The notes: generated from the letters alone by a model not told the origin. A DNA stretch of 64,000 nt from an uncultured Thermoleophilia bacterium (GCA_963715985.1 CAVQSP010000017.1:224001-288000), one strand, 5' to 3'; positions 50,088-59,706 are shown, numbered from the stretch's first letter. Translations and numbers: made by a program.

Positions 50088-50209
50088 GCGCCTTCTCCTT
50101 CTGCACTCACAACGTACCACTGGATGCAGCAATTCATTCGTCGCGGGGCGGGCGGTCTCCTTGGCCAGTCTCGCGGCCGGGCCTCCACGCGTAGCCCGGC
50201 GCGGCGACG

Positions 50210-51877
50210 TCAGCCTGCCGCGTGCTCCCCGGCGGTCTCGACGACGCCGGCCGCCATCCTCGCTGCCGCGGCCTCGGCCGGCCGTGCGCGCAGGGCGAAG
50301 GCGCACAGGCCGCCGGCGACGGCGAGGACGACGGCCACGACGAACGTGCTCGCCACGGCGTCGGTGAACCAGCTCTGGAACAGCGTCCTCATCATCGCCA
50401 GCACGGCGGCCGGCAGGCCCGAATCGCCGCTCGGTATCGACAGCTGCATGGCGCCGCTGCCGGCTCCGGCGATGATCTTCTGCTTGATGGCGTCGGGGAT
50501 GCCCTGGATGGCCTGGATGCCGTCGGTGATGTTGGCGGTGACGCGGTTCTGCAGCACGGCTCCGAGCACGGCGATGCCCATGAGGCTGCCCACCTGGCGC
50601 ATCGTGGAGAGCACGCCGGAGGCGTTGCCGACGCGCTCCCTGGGCGCTGTGGCCATCACCGCCGACGTCACCGGCGCGACCGCCAGGCCGATGCCGATCC
50701 CGGAGATGAGGAACGGGGCCAGCAGGCTGAGCGGCGTGGTGTCCGGCGAGATCCTGGCGATGCCGGGCACGAGTCCGGCCATCCAGGCCAGGCCGAGCGC
50801 GAGCAGGAACATGCCCGCCGCCACGATCCACCTGCTGCCCAGGCGGTCGGACAGCATGCCGGCGGCGGGGGCGGCGAAGATGATGATCACCGACATCGGC
50901 GCCATCACGAGCCCGGCCTTGATGGCGCTGTACCCGAGCACGGACTGCAGGAAGATGGGGATGGTGAAGAAGGCGCCCATCATGGCCGCGCTGAGCAGCA
51001 GCCCGGTGGCGTTGCCCGCCGCGAACGTCGGGCTGCGGAACAGCGAGAAGTCGATGAGCGGCTGGCTCACGCGGTGTTCGCGCCAGTAGAAGAGCCCGAA
51101 CGCCACGGCGGCCGCGGCGAACAAGCCGAGGATGGTGGCCGACGTCCACCCGTACTGCTGGCCCTCGACGAGCGCGAACGTGAGGCAGAACAGGGAGGCC
51201 GAGATGAGGCCGACGCCCGGAAGGTCGAGCGTCTGGACGGCGGTCGGGTTCTTGCTCTCCGGCACGATGCGCAGCGTGAGCAGGACGCCCACCACGCCGA
51301 TGGGGATGTTGACGAGGAAGATCCAGCGCCAGCTGTCGCCGGCGGCCGGCCAGGAGACGTACTGCACGATGATCCCGCCGAGGGTGGGGCCGATGGCGGT
51401 GGCGAGGCCGGACACGCCGCCCCACACGCCCATGGCGGCGCCGCGCTTACCGGCGGGGAAGACGGCGGCGATGATGCTCAGCGTGGCCGGCATCATCGCC
51501 GCCCCGCCGATGCCCTGCAGCACGCGGGCCGCGATCAGCAGGTAGATGCTGGGCGCCAGGCCGCAGGCCGCCGAGCCGATCGTGAAGAGCACCATGCCGA
51601 TCATGAAGAGCTTGCGCCGCCCCCACAGGTCGCCGAAGCGGCCGAGCGTGACCAGCAGCACGGCGAACGCCAGGATGTAGGCGTTCATGACCCACTCGAT
51701 GTTGCCGAACGTCGTGTCGAAGTAGTCCTGGATGTGCGGGATGGCGATGTTCACGATCGTGCCGTCGAGCAGGATCATGAAGAGGCCGAGGCACAGGACG
51801 GCGAGCACCGCCCAGGGGCTGCGGACGGGGCCGGAAGACGAGGTCGCGGCCGCGGTCGCGGGGGAGGGTGAGCTCAT
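50210..51877 (-). CDS. DHA2 (EmrB/QacA) MFS efflux transporter
   Basis: FMILLD.TIVN.A.P.I, GRFGD..GRR, WRWIFLVN.PIG, RQVG..GIAV. Confidence 0.95.
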   Translation of the reverse strand: MSSPSPATAAATSSSGPVRSPWAVLAVLCLGLFMILLDGTIVNIAIPHIQDYFDTTFGNIEWVMNAYILAFAVLLVTLGRFGDLWGRRKLFMIGMVLFTIGSAACGLAPSIYLLIAARVLQGIGGAAMMPATLSIIAAVFPAGKRGAAMGVWGGVSGLATAIGPTLGGIIVQYVSWPAAGDSWRWIFLVNIPIGVVGVLLTLRIVPESKNPTAVQTLDLPGVGLISASLFCLTFALVEGQQYGWTSATILGLFAAAAVAFGLFYWREHRVSQPLIDFSLFRSPTFAAGNATGLLLSAAMMGAFFTIPIFLQSVLGYSAIKAGLVMAPMSVIIIFAAPAAGMLSDRLGSRWIVAAGMFLLALGLAWMAGLVPGIARISPDTTPLSLLAPFLISGIGIGLAVAPVTSAVMATAPRERVGNASGVLSTMRQVGSLMGIAVLGAVLQNRVTANITDGIQAIQGIPDAIKQKIIAGAGSGAMQLSIPSGDSGLPAAVLAMMRTLFQSWFTDAVASTFVVAVVLAVAGGLCAFALRARPAEAAAARMAAGVVETAGEHAAG

Positions 51878-52350
51878 CTGTCGGTCCGTCCTTTCAGTTC
51901 GTCGATGAGGGCGCGCAAGAAGGCGACGAGAGTGTGCGGGTCGAGCTCGGGGAAGCGCGCGAAGACGGCGGCGAGGCGCTGGCTCCACTCGGCCATCACG
52001 TCGGTCGCATAGCCCTCTGCGCGGCCCGCAAGACGCACGCGCACGATGCGCCTGTCGGACTCGTCGGGGTCGCGGCGGACCACACCCTTCTCCAGGAGGC
52101 GCGTGACCAGCTCGCTGGCGGCGGCGCGCGAGATCGCGAGGCCGTCGGCGAACTCGCCCATCGTCACCGATTCGCGATGGGCGAGGAACACGACGGCCTC
52201 CATCTGGCGGCCCGTGAGCGCCTTCGGGATCGGCTCACCCCGGCCGTGGTGGTGGGGCGCCGAGTCGTACAGCGCGACGCCCAGCTCCGGGAGGAGGCGG
52301 GCGAGCTGGGCGCTGACGTCGCCGCTGGTCTGTTCGTCCGGGGAAATCAT
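51874..52350 (-). CDS. MarR family regulator
   Basis: SRAAASELV.RL..KG.V.R..D..DRR.V.V; ATGA overlap with the efflux gene. Confidence 0.9.
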   Translation of the reverse strand: MISPDEQTSGDVSAQLARLLPELGVALYDSAPHHHGRGEPIPKALTGRQMEAVVFLAHRESVTMGEFADGLAISRAAASELVTRLLEKGVVRRDPDESDRRIVRVRLAGRAEGYATDVMAEWSQRLAAVFARFPELDPHTLVAFLRALIDELKGRTDR

Positions 52351-52378
52351 TCGGTATCCGAAGTATACGGGTGCCGAA
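52350..52378 (-). promoter_or_regulatory. MarR operator pair TTCGG-TAT-CCGAA and TACGG-GTG-CCGAA flanking -10 TATACT
   Basis: Palindromes at 52350-62 and 52366-78. Confidence 0.6.
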
Positions 52379-52489
52379 GCTTCGTGTCCAGTGCCGGCGC
52401 CCCGTGTCAGTGCGCCCCGTCCCCTCTCGGGGCGAGCAGCGCAACGCCGCGCTTCGGGCGAGAGTGTAAGCTTGCCGCAGGCTCACGCC

Positions 52490-53305
52490 ATGACCTCCGA
52501 TCACCACATGCACAGCGACTTCTGCCCGCACGCCGAGGGCGCGCCTCGCGAGTACGTGGAGCGCGCCATCGAGCTCGGCATGTCGGAGATGGGCTTCTCC
52601 GAACACCTCCCCTTCCCGCGGGGCTGGCGCCCGCGCCACGACGCGACCGACGACTGGGCCATGGCCTGGGACGACGTGGAGGACTACGTGACCGTGGTGC
52701 GCGACCTGGCCGCGGAGTACAGCGCCGACGTGCGCATCGTGCTCGGCATCGAGGCGGACTACCTGGAGGACGCCGTGGATGAGACCGCGGCGGCGCTCGC
52801 TGCGTACCCCTTCGACTACGTGATCGGGTCGGTGCACGTGGTCGGCGACCGCTTCGGCTTCGACCACCCGGAGCTGCGCGACCGGGTGCCCGCCTACGGG
52901 CTTGACCGCGTGCACCTGGAGACCCTCGAGCTGGCCGCGCGCGCCGCCGCCAGCGGTCTCTTCGACGTGATCGGGCACCTCGACCACGCCAAGAAGCTCG
53001 GACCGCCTGAGGACGCGGAGGCGGTGAGGGCCGCGGCGAGCCGGGCCCTGCGGGCCGTCGCCGCGTCCGGCGCCGCCCTCGAGCTCAATACCGCCGGACT
53101 GCGCAAGCCGGTCGCCGAGACGTACCCATCGCCGGCCCTGCTGGCCGAGGCTCACGACCTGGGTATCCCCCTGGTGTTCGCCTCGGACGCGCACCGGCCC
53201 GCCGACGTCGGAGCCGGATTCGCGCGCGCGGCCGCGGTGGCGCGCGCCGCCGGCTACACGGAGACGCTCTCGTTCGCGGGTGCGCCTGCGGAGGCCCTCG
53301 GATGA
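52490..53305 (+). CDS. hisJ: PHP-family histidinol-phosphatase (HisJ/HisK type)
   Basis: DHHMHS..C.HA, GFSEH.P, GIEAD, FDYVIGSVH, GHLD..K, ELNT.G, SDAH. Confidence 0.85.
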   Translation: MTSDHHMHSDFCPHAEGAPREYVERAIELGMSEMGFSEHLPFPRGWRPRHDATDDWAMAWDDVEDYVTVVRDLAAEYSADVRIVLGIEADYLEDAVDETAAALAAYPFDYVIGSVHVVGDRFGFDHPELRDRVPAYGLDRVHLETLELAARAAASGLFDVIGHLDHAKKLGPPEDAEAVRAAASRALRAVAASGAALELNTAGLRKPVAETYPSPALLAEAHDLGIPLVFASDAHRPADVGAGFARAAAVARAAGYTETLSFAGAPAEALG

Positions 53306-54192
53306 GGCCGGTCGGCACGCGCATGATGGCGATCTTCAATCCGCACTCCGGGGGCGGCGAGTTCCGCCGCGACCTGCCGCTGATCGTGGATTCGCTCCGC
53401 GGCCTCGGCTACGAAGTGGACGAGCGCGAGACGCAGGCCGTGGGCGACGCCATCCGTCTGGCCCGCCAGGCCGTGGAACTGGGCTACGACGTCGTCTGCG
53501 CCATCGGCGGCGACGGCACCGTCAACGAGACGCTGAACGGGCTGGCGGGCACCGAGGTGCCGCTCGCCATCATCCCCACGGGGACGGTCAACGTCCTCGC
53601 CATGGAGCTCGGCATCCCCTTCGAGCCGCCGGACGCGGTGCGTCTTCTGGAGACGGGCACGGTGTCGTGGATCGACCTCGGTCTCGCCGGCGACCGCCAC
53701 TTCGGCCTCATGGCCGGTGTAGGCATGGACGCTGCCGTGGTGGCTTCGCTCAACCCGGCCATGAAGAAGGCGTTCAAGGAGGCGGCTTTCGCCGTGCAGG
53801 GGTTCGCCAACTACCTCACGAGGGAGGAGCCCCTCATCAGGGTCACCTGCGCCGAGCGCACCGTGGAGGGCTACTTCGCGGTGTTCGGCAACTCCTCCAA
53901 CTACGGTGGCGGTTTCGGCATCACCCCGCTGGCCGACATGCGCGACGGGCTGCTCGACGTGTGCGTGCTCACGGACAAGTCGTTCCTCAGCACCATCTGG
54001 TACTGGACCGCCGCGCTCATCAATGCCCACATCAAGCATCCCAAGGTCGAGTACTTCCGCACGGAGCACGCGGAGATCGTGACGGTGGAGGCGGGCAAGG
54101 AAGTGCTGGTGCAGACCGACGGCGAGATGGCCGGGCGCCTGCCGCTCACGTGCAACGTGGTGCCGCGGGCCCTGCGCGTGATCGTGCCGTAG
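53302..54192 (+). CDS. Diacylglycerol/lipid kinase family (YegS/DagK-like)
   Basis: NP.SG, GGDGT.NE..NG, IP.GT.N.LA, DGLLDV, Q.DGE. Confidence 0.92.
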   Translation: MRPVGTRMMAIFNPHSGGGEFRRDLPLIVDSLRGLGYEVDERETQAVGDAIRLARQAVELGYDVVCAIGGDGTVNETLNGLAGTEVPLAIIPTGTVNVLAMELGIPFEPPDAVRLLETGTVSWIDLGLAGDRHFGLMAGVGMDAAVVASLNPAMKKAFKEAAFAVQGFANYLTREEPLIRVTCAERTVEGYFAVFGNSSNYGGGFGITPLADMRDGLLDVCVLTDKSFLSTIWYWTAALINAHIKHPKVEYFRTEHAEIVTVEAGKEVLVQTDGEMAGRLPLTCNVVPRALRVIVP

Positions 54193-54332
54193 CACCCGGC
54201 GTTCGTCCCGCGGTGCAGCGCACCGTGTCCCCCGGCGGCCGCGACGAGGAGAGCCGCGCGGAGGAGGCCGTGGACCGCAGCCTCGCCGAGCTTCAGCCGG
54301 CGCCGCCGGCCGCTTCTGTCAGCGGCGGCGCC

Positions 54333-54926
54333 TCACAGCCCCATCACCTTGGCGAGCGTGCGCAGCCGCTCCGCATACTCCTTGCGCGCCGCCGCGTCGC
54401 GGGCGCGCAGCTCATCCGGAGTGGCCACGGGCACGATCTTGAAGGCCGGGTTGTCGAACAGGCGCAGCTCGAGCGAGTCGCCCTGCTCGTAGGGCCGGTG
54501 CTTGAACATCCTGCCGAGCAGGTAGCGCGCGGTGGCTTCGCCCACTGGGAGCACGTAGTGGGGCGTGGTGATCGTGAGCTCGCGTGAGAGGAACGGGTAG
54601 CAGTTGTCCTGCTCAGCCGCCTCGGGGAGGCGCATCTCGCAGGCGGTGCGCGGGACGCACTTGGTGAGCGTGGTGACGTAGACCTTGTCCCGGCTCTCCC
54701 GCAGCGCCGGCATGAACTCGGCGAGTCCCTCGAGCGCCGCGGCGCCGGCGGGGTCCCCGCCCTGCTCGTCGGCCGGGTCGGGATGCAGGGAGACGACCAT
54801 CACCGCGCAGTGCGGGTGGCCGGCTCCGGGGACGGCGCGGAGGCGGCAGGCGACGAGCTTCTCGCACTTGGTGCAGTCGCCGACGCTCCGCGCCAGCTGG
54901 TCCAGTTGTTCGACCGCGTCTTCCAT
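54333..54926 (-). CDS. Family-4 uracil-DNA glycosylase-fold protein with degenerate catalytic motifs
   Basis: CTKC..L...R..AVPG.G, YVT...KC.P, C.PFL.REL....P..V..VG..A; GE.PG and HP motifs absent. Confidence 0.75.
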   Translation of the reverse strand: MEDAVEQLDQLARSVGDCTKCEKLVACRLRAVPGAGHPHCAVMVVSLHPDPADEQGGDPAGAAALEGLAEFMPALRESRDKVYVTTLTKCVPRTACEMRLPEAAEQDNCYPFLSRELTITTPHYVLPVGEATARYLLGRMFKHRPYEQGDSLELRLFDNPAFKIVPVATPDELRARDAAARKEYAERLRTLAKVMGL

Positions 54927-54980
54927 GGTGGGTCTCCTCTCTGGTGGCCGGCGCCGGTGCCCCGGCGGCGGATGTGGTGC

Positions 54981-55322
54981 TCAGCTCTCGCCGGTGACGA
55001 GGCGGTAGTTGCAGATCAGGGCGTCCGGACGGCCGACGAGGGCCAGCATGAGCTCGTCACCGAACGGGGCGAGGACGATGTTGAGCCCGTCGAACTCGAC
55101 GGAGATGTAGCGCGCCGCGCTCTGCCCGAGCTCGGCCGCGAGGCGGATGCCTATGTCGATGACGCCGGCCGCCTGGGCGGCCACGGCTTCGGTCGCGAAG
55201 CCGTCGTCGGCGTCGGCCGCCACCACGAAGCCGTCGCCCGAGATGAGCAGGGCGGCGACGATGCCCGGGTGCGCCCGGTAGGGTGCGAGCCTGGCGGCGA
55301 GTACGTCTGCCGGATCGGTCAT
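54981..55322 (-). CDS. Roadblock/LC7 (MglB-like) protein
   Basis: GIVAALLIS.DGFVV, EAVAA.AA......LA.ELG......VEFD...IVL. Confidence 0.85.
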   Translation of the reverse strand: MTDPADVLAARLAPYRAHPGIVAALLISGDGFVVAADADDGFATEAVAAQAAGVIDIGIRLAAELGQSAARYISVEFDGLNIVLAPFGDELMLALVGRPDALICNYRLVTGES

Positions 55323-55627
55323 CGTGCCTCCATGGCCTTTTGCAGGTCCGCCCGTACTGCGGCCGCGAAGCGGTCGGCGGACGCGTCGTCGGCGAACACG
55401 CGGGTGTAGCCGCCGGCGAGGCCGGCGAGCTCGCTGAGAAAGATGGTGCTGCGCGGGATAGGGGAGGAGCCGGCGGCCGCGGGAGCGTCCACGACGCCGT
55501 CCAGCGGGAGCTCTACCAGCGTGTCGCCGCTGAGGAAGAGCCGGTTGGCTTCGCGCCCGGACAGGCGCACCAGCACGCGCACCGCGACCCCGTCCGGGAC
55601 GAGCTCCTTGGCGATGTCGATCTCCAC
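55319..55627 (-). CDS. Hypothetical protein (102 aa), coupled to the roadblock gene
   Basis: ATGA overlap; GGAGG for the next gene inside its 3' end; TAGTCT 6 nt before GTG. Confidence 0.7.
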   Translation of the reverse strand: MEIDIAKELVPDGVAVRVLVRLSGREANRLFLSGDTLVELPLDGVVDAPAAAGSSPIPRSTIFLSELAGLAGGYTRVFADDASADRFAAAVRADLQKAMEAR

Positions 55628-55741
55628 AACCGAAGACTAGCGAGGCGGCAGAACGGTGGCAAGACGCGCCGGCGAGCGGGTGGTGCGGCGCCGGGCACCA
55701 CGGGTGGTCCGGCGGCGCGGCGGAGGCCTCTGGCGCAGCGC

Positions 55742-56728
55742 CTACTGTGCCGCGGCCAGAGGGACGACGGTGCGCGCCGGCTCGACGACGGGCTGCGGCG
55801 CGTAGGCTTCATCGCGCGCCGCAGCGAGCAGGTCCGGGAGCGTGCGGATGGTCGGGAAGGAGGCGGCGCCGCTGCTGAGCGTCTGGCGCCGCCCGCCGAT
55901 GAGGCCCGAGCTGATGTCGTGGCCGATCTCGGCCGCCAGGTCGCGGGCCTCCGTCGAGGTGCGTCCGGGGAGCGCGAGCACGAACGAGTCGGCGCGCACG
56001 CGGAACGCCGTGTCGTCGTGGGCGAGGCGCCGCTGGATGCGCCGCGCCACGCCGCGGACGAGTTCCTCGCTGCGCTCCGGCCCGAGGAAGTCGCGCGTGT
56101 CCTGGAAGTGGTCGAGGCGCAGGACGACCACGCTGAGCGGCTCGTGCTGGTCCAGCGCTGCCGCCGTGGCCGCGGCGAGCACGTCGTCCAGGCGTTCGCT
56201 CGTGTAGAGGCCGGTAGTGCTGTCGACGAGGGAGGCGCGCCGTGGTCGGGCCGGCGTGCGCCGCAGCCGCGTCGCCGCGATCCAGCCGCCGGCGGCGAGC
56301 ACCAGGACTTTGGCCACACCGCCGACGCGGCTTCCGCCCAGCGAGGGGTCGGCGATCGCGAGCACGATGAGCAGGAGGAGCGTCGGCGCCAGCAGGTACG
56401 GCCACTCCCCGCGAGAGGCGAACGCGAGCTGGCAGAGTGCCAGCACCGGGATCGCGCCGAGCAGCCAGCTCTCCGCGCCGCCGGAGAACACGAGGGCGCA
56501 GCCGAGCAGGAGCCAGTCCGCTGCCGCGAAGGTGAGGGCGAGGTCGTTGCCTCGCGCCCGGGCTACCTGGATGGACCAGAGGCCGAGGAGGATGCCGACC
56601 GTCGCGGGCACGGCGGCGAAGCCGTGGCCCAGCGCCAGTGCGGCGACCGTGAGAACTGCGAAGAAGAGGGTGCGGAAACGGCCTCGCAACAGTGCCGGCT
56701 CGCGGCGTTTGCGAGGCGGACGGCTCAC
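55742..56728 (-). CDS. Membrane protein with degenerate GGDEF domain
   Basis: 5-6 TM; DSTTGLY, LRLDHFQ, FRVRADSF in place of RxGGDEF, SSG.A.FP. Confidence 0.85.
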   Translation of the reverse strand: MSRPPRKRREPALLRGRFRTLFFAVLTVAALALGHGFAAVPATVGILLGLWSIQVARARGNDLALTFAAADWLLLGCALVFSGGAESWLLGAIPVLALCQLAFASRGEWPYLLAPTLLLLIVLAIADPSLGGSRVGGVAKVLVLAAGGWIAATRLRRTPARPRRASLVDSTTGLYTSERLDDVLAAATAAALDQHEPLSVVVLRLDHFQDTRDFLGPERSEELVRGVARRIQRRLAHDDTAFRVRADSFVLALPGRTSTEARDLAAEIGHDISSGLIGGRRQTLSSGAASFPTIRTLPDLLAAARDEAYAPQPVVEPARTVVPLAAAQ

Positions 56729-56784
56729 CAGGAAGCCGTCCGGGTCATGCAGGGCGGTAGGGGACCGTGCAGCATGCCGAGACC

Positions 56785-56833
56785 ATTCTGCATGATTCCT
56801 TCAAATCCTTCAAGGTCAAGTTCAGGGTTGAAG
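56785..56833 (-). promoter_or_regulatory. Sigma70-like promoter TTGAAG-N17-CAGAAT within a TTCAA-repeat region
   Basis: + strand: attctg 56785-90, cttcaa 56808-13; TCCTTCAA twice; CTTCAA...TTGAAG inverted repeat. Confidence 0.45.
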
Positions 56834-56915
56834 TTGCCCGAACGAAAGGGTGCCGGCGTGCCGTGCAAACGTGCCCCTGCGCGCCTGCCTTCGCCTCGGC
56901 TATAATCGATGCCCC

Positions 56916-58703
56916 GTGGAACGAGCCCTCTTCTTCTCAGGTAACGAGGCCATCGCCCACGGCGCCGTGCGCGCCGGGGCCGCCTTCGCCTGCGGCTACC
57001 CCGGCACCCCCTCCACCGAGATCGTCGAGACCGCGGCCCGGCTCGAGGGCATCCAGACCGAGTGGTGCATCAACGAGAAGGCCGCTCTCGAGACCGCGGT
57101 CGGCGCGTCACTGGCCGGCGTCCGCGCTCTTGTGACGATGAAGCACGTCGGGCTCAACGTGGCCGCCGATCCGTTCATGACGCTCTCGCTCACGGGGGTC
57201 AATGCCGGGCTCGTCGTGGTGAGTGCAGACGACCCGGGCATGCATTCGTCCCAGAACGAGCAGGACAACCGCACGTACGCTCGCTTCGCCAAGATCCCCA
57301 TGGTCGAACCGTCGGACAGCCAGGAGGCCTACGACTTCGTCGCCGAGGCCTTCGCCCTGTCGGAGGAGTTCGACACGCCGGTCCTGCTGCGTTCCACGAC
57401 GCGGCTCTCGCACGGCCGCAGCAAGGTCATACCCAGGGTGGCCGTGGACGTGGAGGCGCGCGAGTACGTGCGCGACATCAGCAAGTACGTCATGGTCCCC
57501 CAGTACGCGCGCGTCAGGAACCGTCTCGTGCTCGAGCGACTGGCGCGCCTGCGCGCCCGCGCCGAGGAGTCGCCGCTCAACATCCTCGAGGCCGGCACCG
57601 CGGACTTCGGCATCATCGCCTCGGGCGTCGCCTACTCGTACGCTCGCGAGGCGTTCCCCAAGGCCTGGTTCCTCAAGCTGGGCATGTCGAACCCGCTCCC
57701 GTACGCCAAGGTGGCGCGCCTGTACCGGCAGGTCTCGCGCGTGCTGGTGGTGGAGGAGCTCGACCCGTTCATCGAGGAGCAGGTGCGGGCGCTCGGGCTG
57801 CCGGTGATCGGCAAGGAGGCCTTGCCGGCCGACGGCGAGTTCGACCAGGAGCTCGTGTTCCGCTTGCTGGAGCCGTTCCTCACACGCAAGCCGCCGCGCC
57901 GCCGGCGTCCCGTCTTCCCGCCCGAGCTGCGCCCCGCGCAGCAGCCACGACCGCTCGCCGGCCTGCCGGTCCGCCCGCCCGTCCTCTGCCCGGGCTGCTC
58001 GCACCGCGCGGTGTTCACGGCGCTGCGCCGGCACAAGCTGGCGCCCATGGGCGACATCGGCTGCTACACGCTGGGCGCCCTGCCCCCGTTGCTGGCCATG
58101 GACAGCTGCCTCTGCATGGGCGCCGCCATCGGCATGATGGCCGGCTTCAACAAGGCGCTCGGGAGCAAGGCCGCCGCCGCGGTCATCGGCGACTCCACGT
58201 TCTTCCACTCGGGCATCACGCCGCTCATCGACGCGCACTACAACGAGGCCTCCGGGCTCGTCCTGATCCTGGACAACGGCACCACCGCCATGACCGGCCA
58301 CCAGGGCCACCCGGGCACCGGGATGCGGCCGGACCGCACCCAGGGTCCTGCCGTGGACCTGCAGAAGCTCTGCGAGGGCATCGGCGTGCGCTGCGTCACC
58401 GTGGACGCCACCGACTTCCCGGCCCTGGACGCGGCCGTCAAGGAAGAGGTGCATGCACCCGGGCTCGGCGTCATCGTCGCCCTTGCGCCGTGCGTCCTCA
58501 CGGTGCGGGGAGTGCCGGGGCGCGTCGACGTGGACGACGAGCGCTGCAACCTCTGCGGCCTGTGTCTGGACATCGGCTGCCCGGCCCTCGCCGTCGGCGA
58601 CGGCGCCGTCACCATCACCGACAGCTGCAGCGGCTGCGGATTGTGCGTGGAGGTCTGCCGCCGCGGCGCGCTCACCTGCGCGGAGCCGGGGGACGAGGCG
58701 TGA
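56916..58703 (+). CDS. iorA: Indolepyruvate:ferredoxin oxidoreductase alpha subunit
   Basis: GNEAIA.G, GYPGTPSTEI, NEK.A.E, MKHVGLNVAAD, SSQNEQD.R, LCPGC.H, GDIGCY, GDSTF.HSG, 2x4Fe-4S; TATAAT at 56901. Confidence 0.96.
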   Translation: MERALFFSGNEAIAHGAVRAGAAFACGYPGTPSTEIVETAARLEGIQTEWCINEKAALETAVGASLAGVRALVTMKHVGLNVAADPFMTLSLTGVNAGLVVVSADDPGMHSSQNEQDNRTYARFAKIPMVEPSDSQEAYDFVAEAFALSEEFDTPVLLRSTTRLSHGRSKVIPRVAVDVEAREYVRDISKYVMVPQYARVRNRLVLERLARLRARAEESPLNILEAGTADFGIIASGVAYSYAREAFPKAWFLKLGMSNPLPYAKVARLYRQVSRVLVVEELDPFIEEQVRALGLPVIGKEALPADGEFDQELVFRLLEPFLTRKPPRRRRPVFPPELRPAQQPRPLAGLPVRPPVLCPGCSHRAVFTALRRHKLAPMGDIGCYTLGALPPLLAMDSCLCMGAAIGMMAGFNKALGSKAAAAVIGDSTFFHSGITPLIDAHYNEASGLVLILDNGTTAMTGHQGHPGTGMRPDRTQGPAVDLQKLCEGIGVRCVTVDATDFPALDAAVKEEVHAPGLGVIVALAPCVLTVRGVPGRVDVDDERCNLCGLCLDIGCPALAVGDGAVTITDSCSGCGLCVEVCRRGALTCAEPGDEA

Positions 58704-59296
58704 ACGGCATCACCACCGTCGCGCTCGCCGGCGTCGGCGGCCAGGGCATCCTGCTGGCCGCCGCCGTCCTGGCCGAGACCGCCACGGCCGAGGGCCTGGA
58801 CGTCAAGGCCAGCGAGGTCAAGGGCATGGCGCAGCGCGGCGGAAGCGTGCTGTCCACGGTGCGTTTCGGTGCGAGGGTCTGGTCGCCGGTCTCGCCGCAC
58901 GCCGAGGTCGTCATCGCCACCGAGGAGCTCGAGGGCTTCAGGGCGCTGGAGGTCATCGTGCCGGACGGCACGCTGGTCTGCGCGGCCACCACGCACATCC
59001 TGCCGGGCAGCGTGTTGCGCGGGGATGAAGACTACCCGCTCGATCTGGCCGCCGCCGCGGCGGAGCGCGGCGTGCGCCTGCTCGCCGTGGACGCGGAGGG
59101 CATCGCCCGCGAGGCCGGCTCCGCTCGTGCGGTCAACATCGCCTTGCTGGGCGCGGCCAGCACCGTGCTGCCCTTCTCCGCGGAGTCGTGGCGCCGCGGG
59201 CTCGCGGCGGCCGTGCCCGCCAAGATCCTGGAAGTCAACGAGCGTGCGTTCGCGCTGGGTCGCGACGCCGCCAGCGACGAGGAGGTCGCGTCGTGA
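58700..59296 (+). CDS. iorB: Indolepyruvate oxidoreductase beta subunit
   Basis: GVGGQG, SE..GMAQRGGSV, N..LLG, N..AF..G. Confidence 0.94.
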   Translation: MNGITTVALAGVGGQGILLAAAVLAETATAEGLDVKASEVKGMAQRGGSVLSTVRFGARVWSPVSPHAEVVIATEELEGFRALEVIVPDGTLVCAATTHILPGSVLRGDEDYPLDLAAAAAERGVRLLAVDAEGIAREAGSARAVNIALLGAASTVLPFSAESWRRGLAAAVPAKILEVNERAFALGRDAASDEEVAS

Positions 59297-59706
59297 AGGT
59301 CACGCAGCTCACAGCCTTTCTCGAGAACCGCAGCGGACGGCTCGCCGAGGTGGCCGATATCCTCGGCGCAGCCGGCATCAACATCCGCGGCTTCTCGACC
59401 ACGGAGGCCGCCGAGTACGGCATCGTCAGGCTCATCGTCACCGACCCGGAGAAGGCCCGGCAGCTGCTGCACGACGCCGGCTTCACCACGCACTTCTCGC
59501 AGGTGGTGTGCGTGCGCGTCTCCGACGAGCCCGGCGGGCTGGCCCGCATCCTGGACGAGCTCGCCGCGGCCGGCGTCTCCATCGACTACCTGTACAGCAT
59601 CTCCTTCGAATACATCTGCTTCGCCTTGCGCGACGTCGACCGCGCCGTCCAGCTGCTCGAGGGCAAGGTGGAGATGCTCTCCGACCAGGAGGTGCTGGCG
59701 CTGTGA
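59293..59706 (+). CDS. Tandem ACT domain protein
   Basis: QL..FLEN..GRLA, GINIR, GI.RLIV, D.PGGLA; usual ior/paaK partner. Confidence 0.9.
   Translation: MKVTQLTAFLENRSGRLAEVADILGAAGINIRGFSTTEAAEYGIVRLIVTDPEKARQLLHDAGFTTHFSQVVCVRVSDEPGGLARILDELAAAGVSIDYLYSISFEYICFALRDVDRAVQLLEGKVEMLSDQEVLAL

Noticed and set aside
54333-55627. Anti-phage defence or DNA-modification system built around the UDG fold
   Set aside because: No nuclease, ATPase, methylase or mobile context; composition matches the core chromosome
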